Below, one piece after another: positions 9,486 through 18,013 of a stretch of DNA of 64,000 nt (positions are counted from its first letter, which is position 1; each line of letters begins with the position of its first letter). The DNA lies in contig JBCNUX010000002.1 in assembly GCA_039630485.1 (NCBI GenBank), positions 8,273 through 72,272 on the forward strand. Direction: 5' to 3'. The stretch comes from Chlorobiota bacterium. GTDB lineage: Bacteria; Bacteroidota; Ignavibacteria; Kapaibacteriales; HRBIN21. A program made the position numbers and the translations under genes. Below the pieces are notes generated by a model that did not search any database, was not told where the DNA came from, and was given only the letters and a program-made list of their open reading frames with translations.

Positions 9486-10435
9486 TGGTAGCACTTGGGA
9501 TTGACATCGGCGCCACGCGTACAAAGCTGGCGGTGGTGGAGACCGATACAGCGGAGATCCAATGGAGCTCGATTGTCAGCACGCCGCAGTTTGCAGAGGG
9601 GGATGCCTTCCTAGACTGGTTAGAGCAGCTTCTTCGGGCAACTCTACGGGAGCAGGATGTAGAGCGGATCGGCGTTGGGGTAGCTGGCTTTGTGGAGTAT
9701 GGCGGTAGCGTGGTGCATTCCCCGAATATCCCTGCCCTCAGGCAGATCCCTCTGCAGACCTGGCTCCAGCAGCGCTTCCGATTGCCGGTGAGGGTAGACA
9801 ACGATGCAAATGTCGCGGCATGGGCAGAGTACCGAGCAGGTGTGGCTCGGGACGTTACGGACTTCCTCTACGTGACGCTGGGGACAGGAGTTGGTGGAGC
9901 ACTCGTCCTCGGCGGACGTTTATGGCGTGGAGTACATGGCGGGGCAGGCGAAATTGGACACATGGTGGTAGACCTGACGGCGTCAGGGCAGGCTGGAATG
10001 CCGCTCTTCCGGGTTGGAGTCGTGGAGGAGTACGTCGGACAAGCTGCGCTGCTGCGGTGTGCTCAGTCGGTCGTTCGCCGCTATCCAGCTTCCTTGCTTG
10101 CTTCCCGTCCAGTGACGATGGAAACCTTGGCCGAGGCAAATGCTGCCGCAGATGAGGCAGCGCAAGAGTGCATCACGTGGGTCGGCTGGATTACGGGACT
10201 TGCAATCGTTTCGGCTATTGCCCTGTTGGACGTAGAAGTTGTCGTTGTGGGTGGCGGCAGTGTAGAGGCTTTTCCGAACTTGCTCTCTGTGGCTCAGGCG
10301 ACCGTTCGCCAGCGTGCTCTTCCAGCACTGGCTGAGCGGGTCCAGCTCCGGGCTGCTCACTTTGGCTCCTGGGCTGGAGCGATTGGAGCCGCTCTCTTAA
10401 GCTCGGAAGGTGAACCAGACGGCGGTCCTGAATGA
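9482..10435 (+). CDS. ROK family sugar kinase (glucokinase-like)
   Basis: LGIDIGATRTK phosphate-1 motif and ROK signature GTGVGGALVLGGRLWRGVHGGAGEIGHM. GTG at 9482 or ATG at 9485; overlaps the ftsB stop. Confidence 0.85.
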   Translation: MMVALGIDIGATRTKLAVVETDTAEIQWSSIVSTPQFAEGDAFLDWLEQLLRATLREQDVERIGVGVAGFVEYGGSVVHSPNIPALRQIPLQTWLQQRFRLPVRVDNDANVAAWAEYRAGVARDVTDFLYVTLGTGVGGALVLGGRLWRGVHGGAGEIGHMVVDLTASGQAGMPLFRVGVVEEYVGQAALLRCAQSVVRRYPASLLASRPVTMETLAEANAAADEAAQECITWVGWITGLAIVSAIALLDVEVVVVGGGSVEAFPNLLSVAQATVRQRALPALAERVQLRAAHFGSWAGAIGAALLSSEGEPDGGPE

Positions 10436-10815
10436 TGCGGGAGACAATCTTCACGAATGCAGCCCCTGCCCCTATTGGGCCGTATGTACAAGCCGTCCTC
10501 GCGCAGGGGAAGCTGCTCTTCATCTCTGGGCAGATTGGTCTAACGCCCGATGGAGTGCTCATCAGCGAGGACGTTCGTGAACAGACACGCCAAGCACTGG
10601 AGAACCTACGGTCGATCCTTGCCCAGGCGGGGGCGGACCTGGAACATGTCGTGAAGACCACGGTGTTCCTCCGATCGATGCAGGACTTCCCCGCGATGAA
10701 CGAGGTTTATGCCGACTTCTTTGGGCCACACCCGCCAGCGCGAACAACCGTTGAGGTATCAGCACTCCCACGGGGAGCCTTAGTGGAAATTGAGGCTATT
10801 GCGGTCATCCCCTGA
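10432..10815 (+). CDS. ridA: RidA family reactive enamine/imine deaminase (YjgF/TdcF)
   Basis: 127 aa. APAPIGPYVQA...GQIG...VVKTTVFL...PARTTVEVSALPRGALVEIE matches the family pattern. ATGA overlap with the ROK gene. Confidence 0.9.
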   Translation: MMRETIFTNAAPAPIGPYVQAVLAQGKLLFISGQIGLTPDGVLISEDVREQTRQALENLRSILAQAGADLEHVVKTTVFLRSMQDFPAMNEVYADFFGPHPPARTTVEVSALPRGALVEIEAIAVIP

Positions 10816-10947
10816 AGCGCTCACAGCAACCCCACCTACAGCCTCTTGCATACTGCATGAGCCAGGGGGTTGGGAGTCTCTGTGAGACTTTAGCAGCCGG
10901 CAATATAAACGCCTAGACGTCCCAGCCCCAAAGCTCTGCCTCGAGAA

Positions 10948-13314
10948 CTACGGCAATACAACGCAGCGAGCAAACCAGCATCGTTCCCGTTGTTGGAGTC
11001 TGAGCACGTACACCCCAGGTGCCAATGAGCTCGGCAACTGTATGGCACCCACGCCATCGCTGCTTACGGAGATGGGATAGCTTCCCACCCTTGTTCCTGT
11101 ACTCGTGAAGAGCTCGACACTCGCAGATGGGCCGAGTGGCGGTAGATGGCAGTAGAGCCGTTCCCCAGGTCGGAGGAGAGCGGGGAAAAACGAGGCCCGC
11201 ATCGGCTCAGGTGACGCAGCCTGGACGGAGTCGTGGAACACGACCAAGCGGACGGATCCGACGGAGAGCCCTGCGAAGCGGAGTGCGGGATCGCTGAGCA
11301 TGCCGAAGCGGAGCAATAGCGTCTGCCCTGCGAAAGGAGTTAGGTCGCAGCGCTGTGGAAACCACAAGGGGAAGTTGCCATCCCATCCCCAGCGGATTCC
11401 CTGCTGTCGACTGCCAGGGACGTTGGTGCCGGCCCGCATCCGATCGGCCTGAAGCTGTGTCCAGGTATGCCCGCCATCGGTAGAGACTTCCACAACAGCA
11501 ACGTCGTAGTTGCTTTCAATGCTCCAGCGGGACCATAGCTCCAGCACCGCTGAGCTCTGCGGGGGGAGCGTTATTGGGGTGCGGAGAGTAGCGTAGAGCG
11601 ACGCAGAGTCAGGGTAGGAGGCCCCCAGTCGGCTGTGGAGCGCCCAGCCACCAAATGAGGAGTCCCACGCAATGTGCCATCCCTTCAGAGCCCACCGGCT
11701 CGAGTCCTGGGCCGTGGTGAACAGCTCGATAATGGTGGGTCTTCCCCATCGGAAGCGCAGCGTGTCGCGACGTGGGATGCCATCTTGGACTGTGAGCAGT
11801 TCAACGGCAAGGCTATCTCCATTGCGCCAAGCGGGGAAGGGAAGCTTCCACTGGAGACGCTGGCACTCTGCTGGGCGTAAGGATGTGATGAGTTGGAGCG
11901 AGTCTCCAAGCGCAACGTTTGGCTCTGAGTTCGTTATTCGCAGGGAGACGGGAGTCGGGGGTGAGGGCTGGGTACCGATGTTGCAGTACTGGACCACGAG
12001 TTTCGGGATGGTGTCCCAAGAGACCCAGGACGCTATGGGTCGCACATTCGCTCCAGCGCTCCATGCTGCTTGGAGGTTGAGCCAGAGATTCTCGCGCGCT
12101 TGTGGGAGGATGCGTTCAGGCGGTGGCCAAAAACCGTCGAGGAGGGTGCCGACCTCAGGCGTCATGGCGATGGTCCGTGCCTTGCCCTCGGAGGTATCGT
12201 ACATCCAGTCGTCAGATACGCCACGAGCAGCGTAGCCGACCGTTTGGATGTCTCGCCCGAGGGAGTAGAGACTACTCCGGGTGGCCTCTATGCAGAAGAG
12301 TCGGTAAAGCGACGAGTCTGGAGTTTCGCGGTCCAAAGCCGAGTACGGGTAGATGAGGAGGTTGCTGTACGTATGGTAGTTCAGTGCGATGCGGAACCGA
12401 TAGCGCTGCCACAGTGACTTGATAGCTTGGGTTTCTGGCTCAGAGAAGGGAGCAATCCCTCGGTAGGTATCCGATCGTGGGACAGTGGACGATCCTCTGT
12501 TGGGGGCATTCCAGAAGGCATGTGGCCCATAGTTGCGGTTGAGGTCCACCCCGAAACTGCCGTCCTCATTGCGTCGGCGGTTCTTCCGCCACATTCCCCC
12601 ACCGTTTGGGGAGAGGAGCTGGTTGTAGGCATAGCCGTCAGGGTTGACAACAGGTGCGACATACAGCAAGCGGTTTCGCAGCAGGTAGAGCGCCTCTGGG
12701 ACACCGGATCGGGCTGATTCCAGCAGCCACCAGAGGAAGAAGACCAGTGTCGTCACACTCCCAGGCTCGCGGGCATGGTGGAGTGCAGTGTAGAGCACCG
12801 CCGGTAGAGTGTCGAGCGTGGTCCCCAACGAGAAGCGATACCCTAGGATTGGACGCCCCTCTACGGAAAAGCCCAACGTATCGGGTCCGGCGACGGCTTG
12901 GGGGAAGAACTCACGCATACGCGCGAATTCTTCCCATATCTCCTCCAGCCGGTAGAAGCCTCTCATGCTCCCTAGTCGGAAGTGGACAGGATCGGTATCA
13001 GAGCGTTCCCCGGAGGGTGAAGAGAGGAGTCGGTCTTCGTAGTAGGCCTCCAAGTCGGGGATAATGACGTCCGCTGGGACACCTCGGTGGCGTAGCTCCT
13101 GAATGCCCCACCACGGGAGGATTACCTCGATCCCTTGAGCAGTCCATCGCAGAGAGTGCTCGTCTGCACCGAGGTCCCATAACAGCGGGGACAGGATAGA
13201 GGGAGAAGCCTTTAGGCGTACAAGGGCGTAGACCTCTGGGGAATGGACAACCGGGGACTGGGCCGATATCGGGACGGCAAGGAGGAAGAGCACAGGGAGG
13301 GATCTGTACTGCAT
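10948..13314 (-). CDS. Secreted M14-family zinc carboxypeptidase with T9SS-type C-terminal sorting domain
   Basis: M14 catalytic set is present: HHAREPGS (HxxE), DLNRNYG, NYHTYSNLLIYPY, MTPEVG. The last ~80 aa (FFPALL...APGVYVLRLQ...CVVLP) resemble a type-A T9SS CTD. Start set to ATG at 13314 (MQYRSLPVLFLLAVPISAQ signal peptide); the longer ORF would overlap rsmG. Confidence 0.8.
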   Translation of the reverse strand: MQYRSLPVLFLLAVPISAQSPVVHSPEVYALVRLKASPSILSPLLWDLGADEHSLRWTAQGIEVILPWWGIQELRHRGVPADVIIPDLEAYYEDRLLSSPSGERSDTDPVHFRLGSMRGFYRLEEIWEEFARMREFFPQAVAGPDTLGFSVEGRPILGYRFSLGTTLDTLPAVLYTALHHAREPGSVTTLVFFLWWLLESARSGVPEALYLLRNRLLYVAPVVNPDGYAYNQLLSPNGGGMWRKNRRRNEDGSFGVDLNRNYGPHAFWNAPNRGSSTVPRSDTYRGIAPFSEPETQAIKSLWQRYRFRIALNYHTYSNLLIYPYSALDRETPDSSLYRLFCIEATRSSLYSLGRDIQTVGYAARGVSDDWMYDTSEGKARTIAMTPEVGTLLDGFWPPPERILPQARENLWLNLQAAWSAGANVRPIASWVSWDTIPKLVVQYCNIGTQPSPPTPVSLRITNSEPNVALGDSLQLITSLRPAECQRLQWKLPFPAWRNGDSLAVELLTVQDGIPRRDTLRFRWGRPTIIELFTTAQDSSRWALKGWHIAWDSSFGGWALHSRLGASYPDSASLYATLRTPITLPPQSSAVLELWSRWSIESNYDVAVVEVSTDGGHTWTQLQADRMRAGTNVPGSRQQGIRWGWDGNFPLWFPQRCDLTPFAGQTLLLRFGMLSDPALRFAGLSVGSVRLVVFHDSVQAASPEPMRASFFPALLRPGERLYCHLPPLGPSASVELFTSTGTRVGSYPISVSSDGVGAIQLPSSLAPGVYVLRLQQRERCWFARCVVLP

Positions 13315-13318
13315 GGGT

Positions 13319-13981
13319 CTACGAGATTCTGCAACAGACGACGATGCGTTTCTGCTGCTCCTTGAACCAGGGAGCACCGTGGAGCTGGATGTCGTGGACA
13401 GTGACGGACAGCTCTGGGAAGGAACGTCGCATTGTCTCAATCTCTGAGCTAACGTCGCCACCCTTGTACGCAACGAGCTGTCCTTGGAGCTTGAGGAGCG
13501 GGAGCGTCCATTTGGCAAGGGTGGCTAGCGGGGCAACAGCTCGGGCAAGGGCAGCGTCAAAGGAGTGCTGGTAGGCTGGGTCGTTGCTGAGCTCTTCGAT
13601 CCGGGCCCGCTTGACCTGAAGGTAAGGGAGTCCTATGTGGCGTGCGAAGAGGGCAACGAGATGGGCTTTTTTTGCAACGGCCTCCACTAGTAGCATGTGG
13701 AGGTCGGGACGAGCGATCGCGATAGGGATCCCTGGGAGCCCTGCACCGGTGCCGACATCCACACACCGGGCCCGCTCAGGCAGTGAGACGTACTTAAGAG
13801 CTGCCAGCGAGTGGAGGAAGTGGCGTTCATAGAGGTGCTCGATATCCTTGCGTGAAATCAGGTTGACGCGAGCATTCCAGTAGCGCAGCTCGTTGGCGTA
13901 GCGCTCGAACGCCCTCAACTGCTCTGGCTCTAGCGTAATTCCATTGGCCGCACAGATAGTCCAGAACTGCACGCTATCCAT
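13319..13981 (-). CDS. rsmG: 16S rRNA (guanine527-N7)-methyltransferase
   Basis: SAM motif VDVGTGAGLPGIPIAI and NLISRKD...HFLHSL N-terminal pattern. Start set to ATG at 13981 (MDSVQFW...); the ORF-track start at 14074 is a TTG. Confidence 0.9.
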   Translation of the reverse strand: MDSVQFWTICAANGITLEPEQLRAFERYANELRYWNARVNLISRKDIEHLYERHFLHSLAALKYVSLPERARCVDVGTGAGLPGIPIAIARPDLHMLLVEAVAKKAHLVALFARHIGLPYLQVKRARIEELSNDPAYQHSFDAALARAVAPLATLAKWTLPLLKLQGQLVAYKGGDVSSEIETMRRSFPELSVTVHDIQLHGAPWFKEQQKRIVVCCRIS

Positions 13982-14070
13982 CCGAGTACGGTAGGGGGCT
14001 ACGGTTCGGAGGCCTGTGGGCTCCCACGAGCATGAAGGTCTCGCACCTCGCCCATGAGGAGTAAGGGCTG

Positions 14071-14292
14071 TCAAGGGCCGAGAAGGCGGTTAGCTAACTT
14101 GCCGATGGGCGACCTCTCGCCGTAGCAAGAAGCGGCGACGTCAGTGCTGGCCCACAGGAGTCGGAGTAGGTTCGCTCTATGACGACTATCGGCCCAGCTG
14201 AGTCTTTGGACCACAGGAAGGGAGACGTCGATTGAGGGTACGGGCCACGAGGCTGGTAGAGAGCCCTCAAGCGCTTCGCGGGAGCCCATCAT
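14071..14292 (-). CDS. Hypothetical small protein (73 codons), doubtful
   Basis: ATG-ATG start overlaps the trpS TGA in ATGA geometry, the coupling pattern used throughout this window. No recognisable domain and no compositional proof that it is coding. Confidence 0.25.
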   Translation of the reverse strand: MMGSREALEGSLPASWPVPSIDVSLPVVQRLSWADSRHRANLLRLLWASTDVAASCYGERSPIGKLANRLLGP

Positions 14293-15326
14293 CCGAGGTG
14301 ATTGTGGACGGAGGTCACTGCTTCCACAGGAGTAGGGAGGAAGCCGACCCGCTCGTATACCCTCCGCAACGTTTGCTGCGCACGGGAGCGTGCCTTCTCA
14401 GCTCCTTGCAGTAGAACGGAGAAGAGAAAATCTGGGGCCGCCATGAGCCGCTCGTACTCCTCCCGGATGGGGCGCAGGAACTCAATGAGGGCCTCTGCTA
14501 CAGCAGCCTTCAGGTCAGCATACCCCGCACCCTCGAACTCTTGCTCAACGTCTGGGATGGACTTGCCCGTGGCAACGTGGTAGAGCACGATCAAGTTGCT
14601 GATGCCTGGACGGTTCTTTTCGTCATAGCGGATTTCGCGGCCAGAGTCTGTGATAGCCCGCCGAATCTTGCGGCGGATGTCATCGGGGGTATCCGTAAGG
14701 AAGAGCACGGCGCTTTCGTTGGGGTCAGATTTGGACATCTTCTTCGTCGGCTCCTGCAAGCTCATGATCTTTGCCCCTACCGGTGGGATGTATGGCTCGG
14801 GGATTCGGAACGTTTCACCATAGTGATAGTTGAACCGTTCCGCAAGGTTCCGAGTAAGCTCCAAGTGCTGTTTCTGGTCAGCCCCGACTGGCACGAGATC
14901 CGCCTGGTAGAGCAGGATGTCGGCTGCCATCAAGATGGGGTAGGCGAAGAGCCCTACGTTGACATTATGTCGATGCTGGGCAGATTTCTCTTTGAATTGC
15001 GTCATGCGGCTACATTCCCCCATGCCTGTCAGGCATGCCAGCACCCAAGTAAGCTGGGTGTGCTCAGGGACATGCGACTGCACGAAGAGTACACTCTGCT
15101 GTGGGTCGATGCCGCAAGCGAGGAAGAGAGCAGCGGTTTCAAGGCTGCGTTGTCGAAGCTCGGCTGGATCTTGTCGCACTGTGATGGCATGGAGGTCCGC
15201 AATCATGAAGAAGCATTCGTAATCCCGCTGCAGCGCTACCCAGTTTCGGAGAGCACCAGCGAAATGCCCAATCGTCAACCGTCCGGAGGGCTGAATTCCA
15301 CTGAGGATGACGTGGCGCTGCTCCAT
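14289..15326 (-). CDS. trpS: Tryptophan--tRNA ligase
   Basis: 345 aa. Class-I signatures GIQPSGRLTIGHFAG (HIGH-like) and KMSKS. Confidence 0.95.
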   Translation of the reverse strand: MEQRHVILSGIQPSGRLTIGHFAGALRNWVALQRDYECFFMIADLHAITVRQDPAELRQRSLETAALFLACGIDPQQSVLFVQSHVPEHTQLTWVLACLTGMGECSRMTQFKEKSAQHRHNVNVGLFAYPILMAADILLYQADLVPVGADQKQHLELTRNLAERFNYHYGETFRIPEPYIPPVGAKIMSLQEPTKKMSKSDPNESAVLFLTDTPDDIRRKIRRAITDSGREIRYDEKNRPGISNLIVLYHVATGKSIPDVEQEFEGAGYADLKAAVAEALIEFLRPIREEYERLMAAPDFLFSVLLQGAEKARSRAQQTLRRVYERVGFLPTPVEAVTSVHNHLG

Positions 15327-15493
15327 CCGTAGCGTTTCCCTGTCTAACCCGATGCGGAGCCAGGGGACGAACGATTCCGTAGCGCTATTGCGCAGACATG
15401 AGCGGTAGGAGGGAGGGCAAGGGATTGGTGTGGGGGCTTTCTACGGTGGGAACGCTGGCTTCTTCGAGGTCTTCGCGACCTCCCATCGCTCTG

Positions 15494-15568
15494 TGGTCGC
15501 TGGTGGATTCGAACCACCGACCTTCCGCGTGTGAAACGGACGCTCTGGACCAACTGAGCTAAGCGACC
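15494..15568 (-). tRNA. tRNA-Val (anticodon CAC)
   Basis: Manual cloverleaf: acceptor GGTCGCT/AGCGACC, D arm GCTC/GAGC, anticodon stem TCCGT/GCGGA with loop TTCACAC, T arm GGTGG-TTCGAAT-CCACC, discriminator A. No encoded CCA. Confidence 0.9.
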
Positions 15569-15577
15569 ACTCCACCG

Positions 15578-15585
15578 CAAAAATA
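15578..15585 (-). promoter_or_regulatory. Candidate -7 promoter box TATTTTTG for tRNA-Val
   Basis: Exact TAnnTTTG match on the minus strand, 9 nt upstream of the mature tRNA 5' end. Confidence 0.55.
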
Positions 15586-15608
15586 CAGTTTCATCACCTT
15601 CCTCAGGG

Positions 15609-16223
15609 CTACCGAGGTTTCAGCGATAGCATGACATGGAGTCGCAAGATAGGCGCATCGTCCTTCGGGCCTTCGGGATGGGATGGCGTAACCAGGAAGG
15701 AGAGGGTAAGAATCCAGCGGGGGGAAGGACCTAGCGCACGTATCAATTGGTATCGGAGCCGCAGGTGCTTCGGTACCGGCCGGCCCTGCCGCCAGCTTAA
15801 GACTCGTCGTACCACGGCTCGGCGCTTCCGTTCCCAGGAGGTAAGCCGGAGAGATTGGATAGAGCTCAGGTCATCAGCTAGCAAGCCACTCCGGAGTCCG
15901 GAGATGCGAAATTCGACGGAGTCCATTCCTGCGGGGATGTCGACAGGCAAGCCCACAGACCAAAGCAGGGCAGCAAGATAGAGGCTCTCGCTACCCCGGC
16001 TTGTGTCTATGGAAGCCTCTTCTAGATTCACCGCGTACGACGTCCATGTGAACGTGTCGCTGCGGTACTGGACCTCACAGCGGATGCTAGACTCCTCAAG
16101 TACTAGCGGGACCTTCGGGGGAAGGACTTCCCGTTCCGTAGGGAGCTCCACCGGGGAAACGCACCCCCCAGTCCATACGGCGCAGCCAAGGGAGATCAGC
16201 TTAACGGCCCAGCGCCATGCCAT
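15609..16223 (-). CDS. Hypothetical exported protein / possible lipoprotein, third gene of the ECF sigma module
   Basis: 204-aa ORF. Hydrophobic N-terminus with AVWTGGC (possible lipobox). Overlaps the upstream anti-sigma-like gene by 23 nt. No recognisable domain. Confidence 0.5.
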   Translation of the reverse strand: MAWRWAVKLISLGCAVWTGGCVSPVELPTEREVLPPKVPLVLEESSIRCEVQYRSDTFTWTSYAVNLEEASIDTSRGSESLYLAALLWSVGLPVDIPAGMDSVEFRISGLRSGLLADDLSSIQSLRLTSWERKRRAVVRRVLSWRQGRPVPKHLRLRYQLIRALGPSPRWILTLSFLVTPSHPEGPKDDAPILRLHVMLSLKPR

Positions 16224-17313
16224 AGCTCAGCCCAACCTTTCGAGTGACAAACCAGCGGTTATCGAGGCGATAGAGGAGAGCCGTTCCCTCAACCCCGATC
16301 GCAGCCTGGGTACTCGTGCTGAGGGATACCTTCAAGCCCACCCACATCTTGGCTAGTGGGCCGACGACCGTACCCCCAACGGTCGTGCGTACGAAAGGAG
16401 CAGGGTAGATCTCGGGAGACCATTCGTGCGACAGGCCTCCCCAAAGGAGTGTTGGCCGCTGGCGGTATAGTGCACCCTCGCGGGTTGTGAATTCCTGCGG
16501 AAACGTCTCGCTACCTACCTCTAGGCCAACGGAATGCTCTGGGGCTACAGTGCTGAAGACTCCGGCAGCGACGTTCCGGATTCCGAAGGGTGCGCGGCTT
16601 GGCAGCATGATATCCGGACTGCTGGCTTCCCAGATACCAATAGTGCGTATGCTCACCCATGGTGAAGCGAGTCCTACCGTGGATTCCAACCGTTGTAGGA
16701 CGGGGGCCAGAGGTGAGGGCTGAGAGGGTAAGGGCCGGTGGGGCGCTTCGTCGGATGTCCGTTGGGGAAGGGCTGGCAGTGCCCTCCGAAGTGAACTCGT
16801 TTGGAGTAGAATGGGGGTCGGTTCACTACCAGTGCTACTACCGGTGCTAAGTTCAGATGCTGTCTCGACGGAGAGCACAGTACGGTCTTCTCCTCTCGGA
16901 CTGCTTGCCTCCGCTCGTGCACTGGCGGGGGCGGGTGCGCGAAGGACGATTTCTATCGGTGCTGGAGACGGGAGAGTGCGAACTTGTACGGCTGGTACCT
17001 TGAAGAGCTGCAACAGCACCAGCGCTGTTACTCCAGCTCCCAGCAGAGCCGATATCGTGCCGATGACCCATGGTCGGGGACGGATCGGCATACGCTGTCG
17101 GAACCCTAGCCGTTCTGCGATGGCGCTTTCTACCTCTGGAGATAACGGCGGCGAAGTGTGCGGCAGTAGGCGGTGCAGAAGGAGGAGCTGTCGAAATGCC
17201 ATGCGGAGATCCTCCTCCGTAGCCAACCGCCAGAAGAGCTGCTCCTCATGCTCCACTGGGAGTTCACCCTCTAATAGTTCGTGGAGGTACCGAAGGTCTC
17301 GTTCGGACGCCAT
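16201..17313 (-). CDS. Putative anti-sigma factor: N-terminal anti-sigma helices, one TM, Pro/Ser linker, beta-rich C-terminal domain
   Basis: Lies 3 nt downstream of the ECF sigma gene. The N-terminus LHELLEGELPVEHEEQLFWRLATEEDLRMAF resembles anti-sigma N-domains (no Cys, so not zf-HC2). TM segment WVIGTISALLGAGVTALVLLQLF. The C-terminal ~170 aa have an alternating hydrophobic pattern. Confidence 0.55.
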   Translation of the reverse strand: MASERDLRYLHELLEGELPVEHEEQLFWRLATEEDLRMAFRQLLLLHRLLPHTSPPLSPEVESAIAERLGFRQRMPIRPRPWVIGTISALLGAGVTALVLLQLFKVPAVQVRTLPSPAPIEIVLRAPAPASARAEASSPRGEDRTVLSVETASELSTGSSTGSEPTPILLQTSSLRRALPALPQRTSDEAPHRPLPSQPSPLAPVLQRLESTVGLASPWVSIRTIGIWEASSPDIMLPSRAPFGIRNVAAGVFSTVAPEHSVGLEVGSETFPQEFTTREGALYRQRPTLLWGGLSHEWSPEIYPAPFVRTTVGGTVVGPLAKMWVGLKVSLSTSTQAAIGVEGTALLYRLDNRWFVTRKVGLSYGMALGR

Positions 17314-17316
17314 GGC

Positions 17317-17928
17317 TCACTCCTCCTGTGGGGATAGTCCGGACGAACGCAGTTCTGCAACATAGGGTGCGAGCAGTTGGCGGAGCTTTTCCTTCGCCCG
17401 GAAGACTCGGACCTTAACGGCCGTTTCGCTTGCGCCAACGAGCTCAGCAATCTGAGCATATGGCATGCCCATGTGCTCACGGAGGATAAGGGCCTCTCGG
17501 TACTCCAACGGGAGCAGGTCTATTGCCCGCTGGAGCAAAGTTTGAAGCTCTGCTTGCTCTGTTTGAGCAGAGGGGGAAGGGCTCGGGAGCTCATAGAGCT
17601 CCTCGTCGAAGGGGACAGGAGGGCGGTTGTCCCGCTTGAAGTTCAGGCATAGGTTCCGTGCGATCCGCAAAAGGAAAGCGGCGACATTCGTCATGGTGCG
17701 CTCCTGCTGTGCGCTCTGCCAGAACCGCACGAAGGTTTCCTGGAGTATATCCTGGGCATCATAACGGCTTCCTAAGATGCGAGTACAGTAGCCGTAGATC
17801 CGTGGAGCATGCCGAGCGTACAGTTCACGAAAGGCTGTCTCTGCCTGCCGACGGTCTGGCGACTTTAGGAGCCTGAAGAGCTCCTCATCCGGCAGTGCGG
17901 GTGGAAGAGTACGCCGCATGCTGCTCAT
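17317..17928 (-). CDS. RNA polymerase ECF-type sigma-70 family factor
   Basis: 203 aa. Region 2 (FRELYARHAPRIYGYC...DILQETFVRFW) and region 4 HTH (MPYAQIAELVGASETAVKVRVFRAKEKL). Confidence 0.9.
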   Translation of the reverse strand: MSSMRRTLPPALPDEELFRLLKSPDRRQAETAFRELYARHAPRIYGYCTRILGSRYDAQDILQETFVRFWQSAQQERTMTNVAAFLLRIARNLCLNFKRDNRPPVPFDEELYELPSPSPSAQTEQAELQTLLQRAIDLLPLEYREALILREHMGMPYAQIAELVGASETAVKVRVFRAKEKLRQLLAPYVAELRSSGLSPQEE

Positions 17929-18013
17929 ATTAAACCTGAAGGGGCCTCGAGTGTTACAACAACTGCACCGGGCACCACAGGGTCGCTCCAGAAGGGCCGG
18001 CTTCGGGACGTGC

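Noticed and set aside
10827-10890. Hairpins in the ridA / M14 convergent spacer (CAACCCC...GGGGTTG with a 32-nt loop; AGTCTC-TGT-GAGACT) as a bidirectional terminator
   Set aside because: The stems are short or have oversized loops, and neither is followed by a U-tract on either strand. They are too weak to annotate.
13315-13518. Longer N-terminal ORF extensions given by the ORF track. Examples: the M14 peptidase to 13518, the FAD oxidoreductase from 21406, cca to 3440, rplN to 52763, rplD to 56913, rsmG to 14074, nuoF to 39627, folC to 34677.
   Set aside because: The extensions overlap the upstream gene, often start with TTG or GTG, and lack family sequence. Internal ATGs give canonical N-termini or signal peptides and tight junctions with the neighbouring gene.
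13982-14288. Known housekeeping ncRNA (RNase P RNA, tmRNA, SRP RNA, 6S RNA) in the trpS-rsmG gap
   Set aside because: There are no GAGGAAAGUCC-type RNase P motifs, no tRNA-like tmRNA termini and no SRP domain-IV GGAA/AGCA motifs. 6S RNA cannot be judged by eye. I leave it as an unexplained gap.
15327-15493. T-box leader between tRNA-Val and trpS
   Set aside because: The 167-nt spacer on the minus strand lacks the conserved T-box sequence (AAnnnGGGUGGUACCGCG-like) and has no specifier-loop architecture I can see. Only a short GAGGTC-GCGAA-GACCTC hairpin is present.
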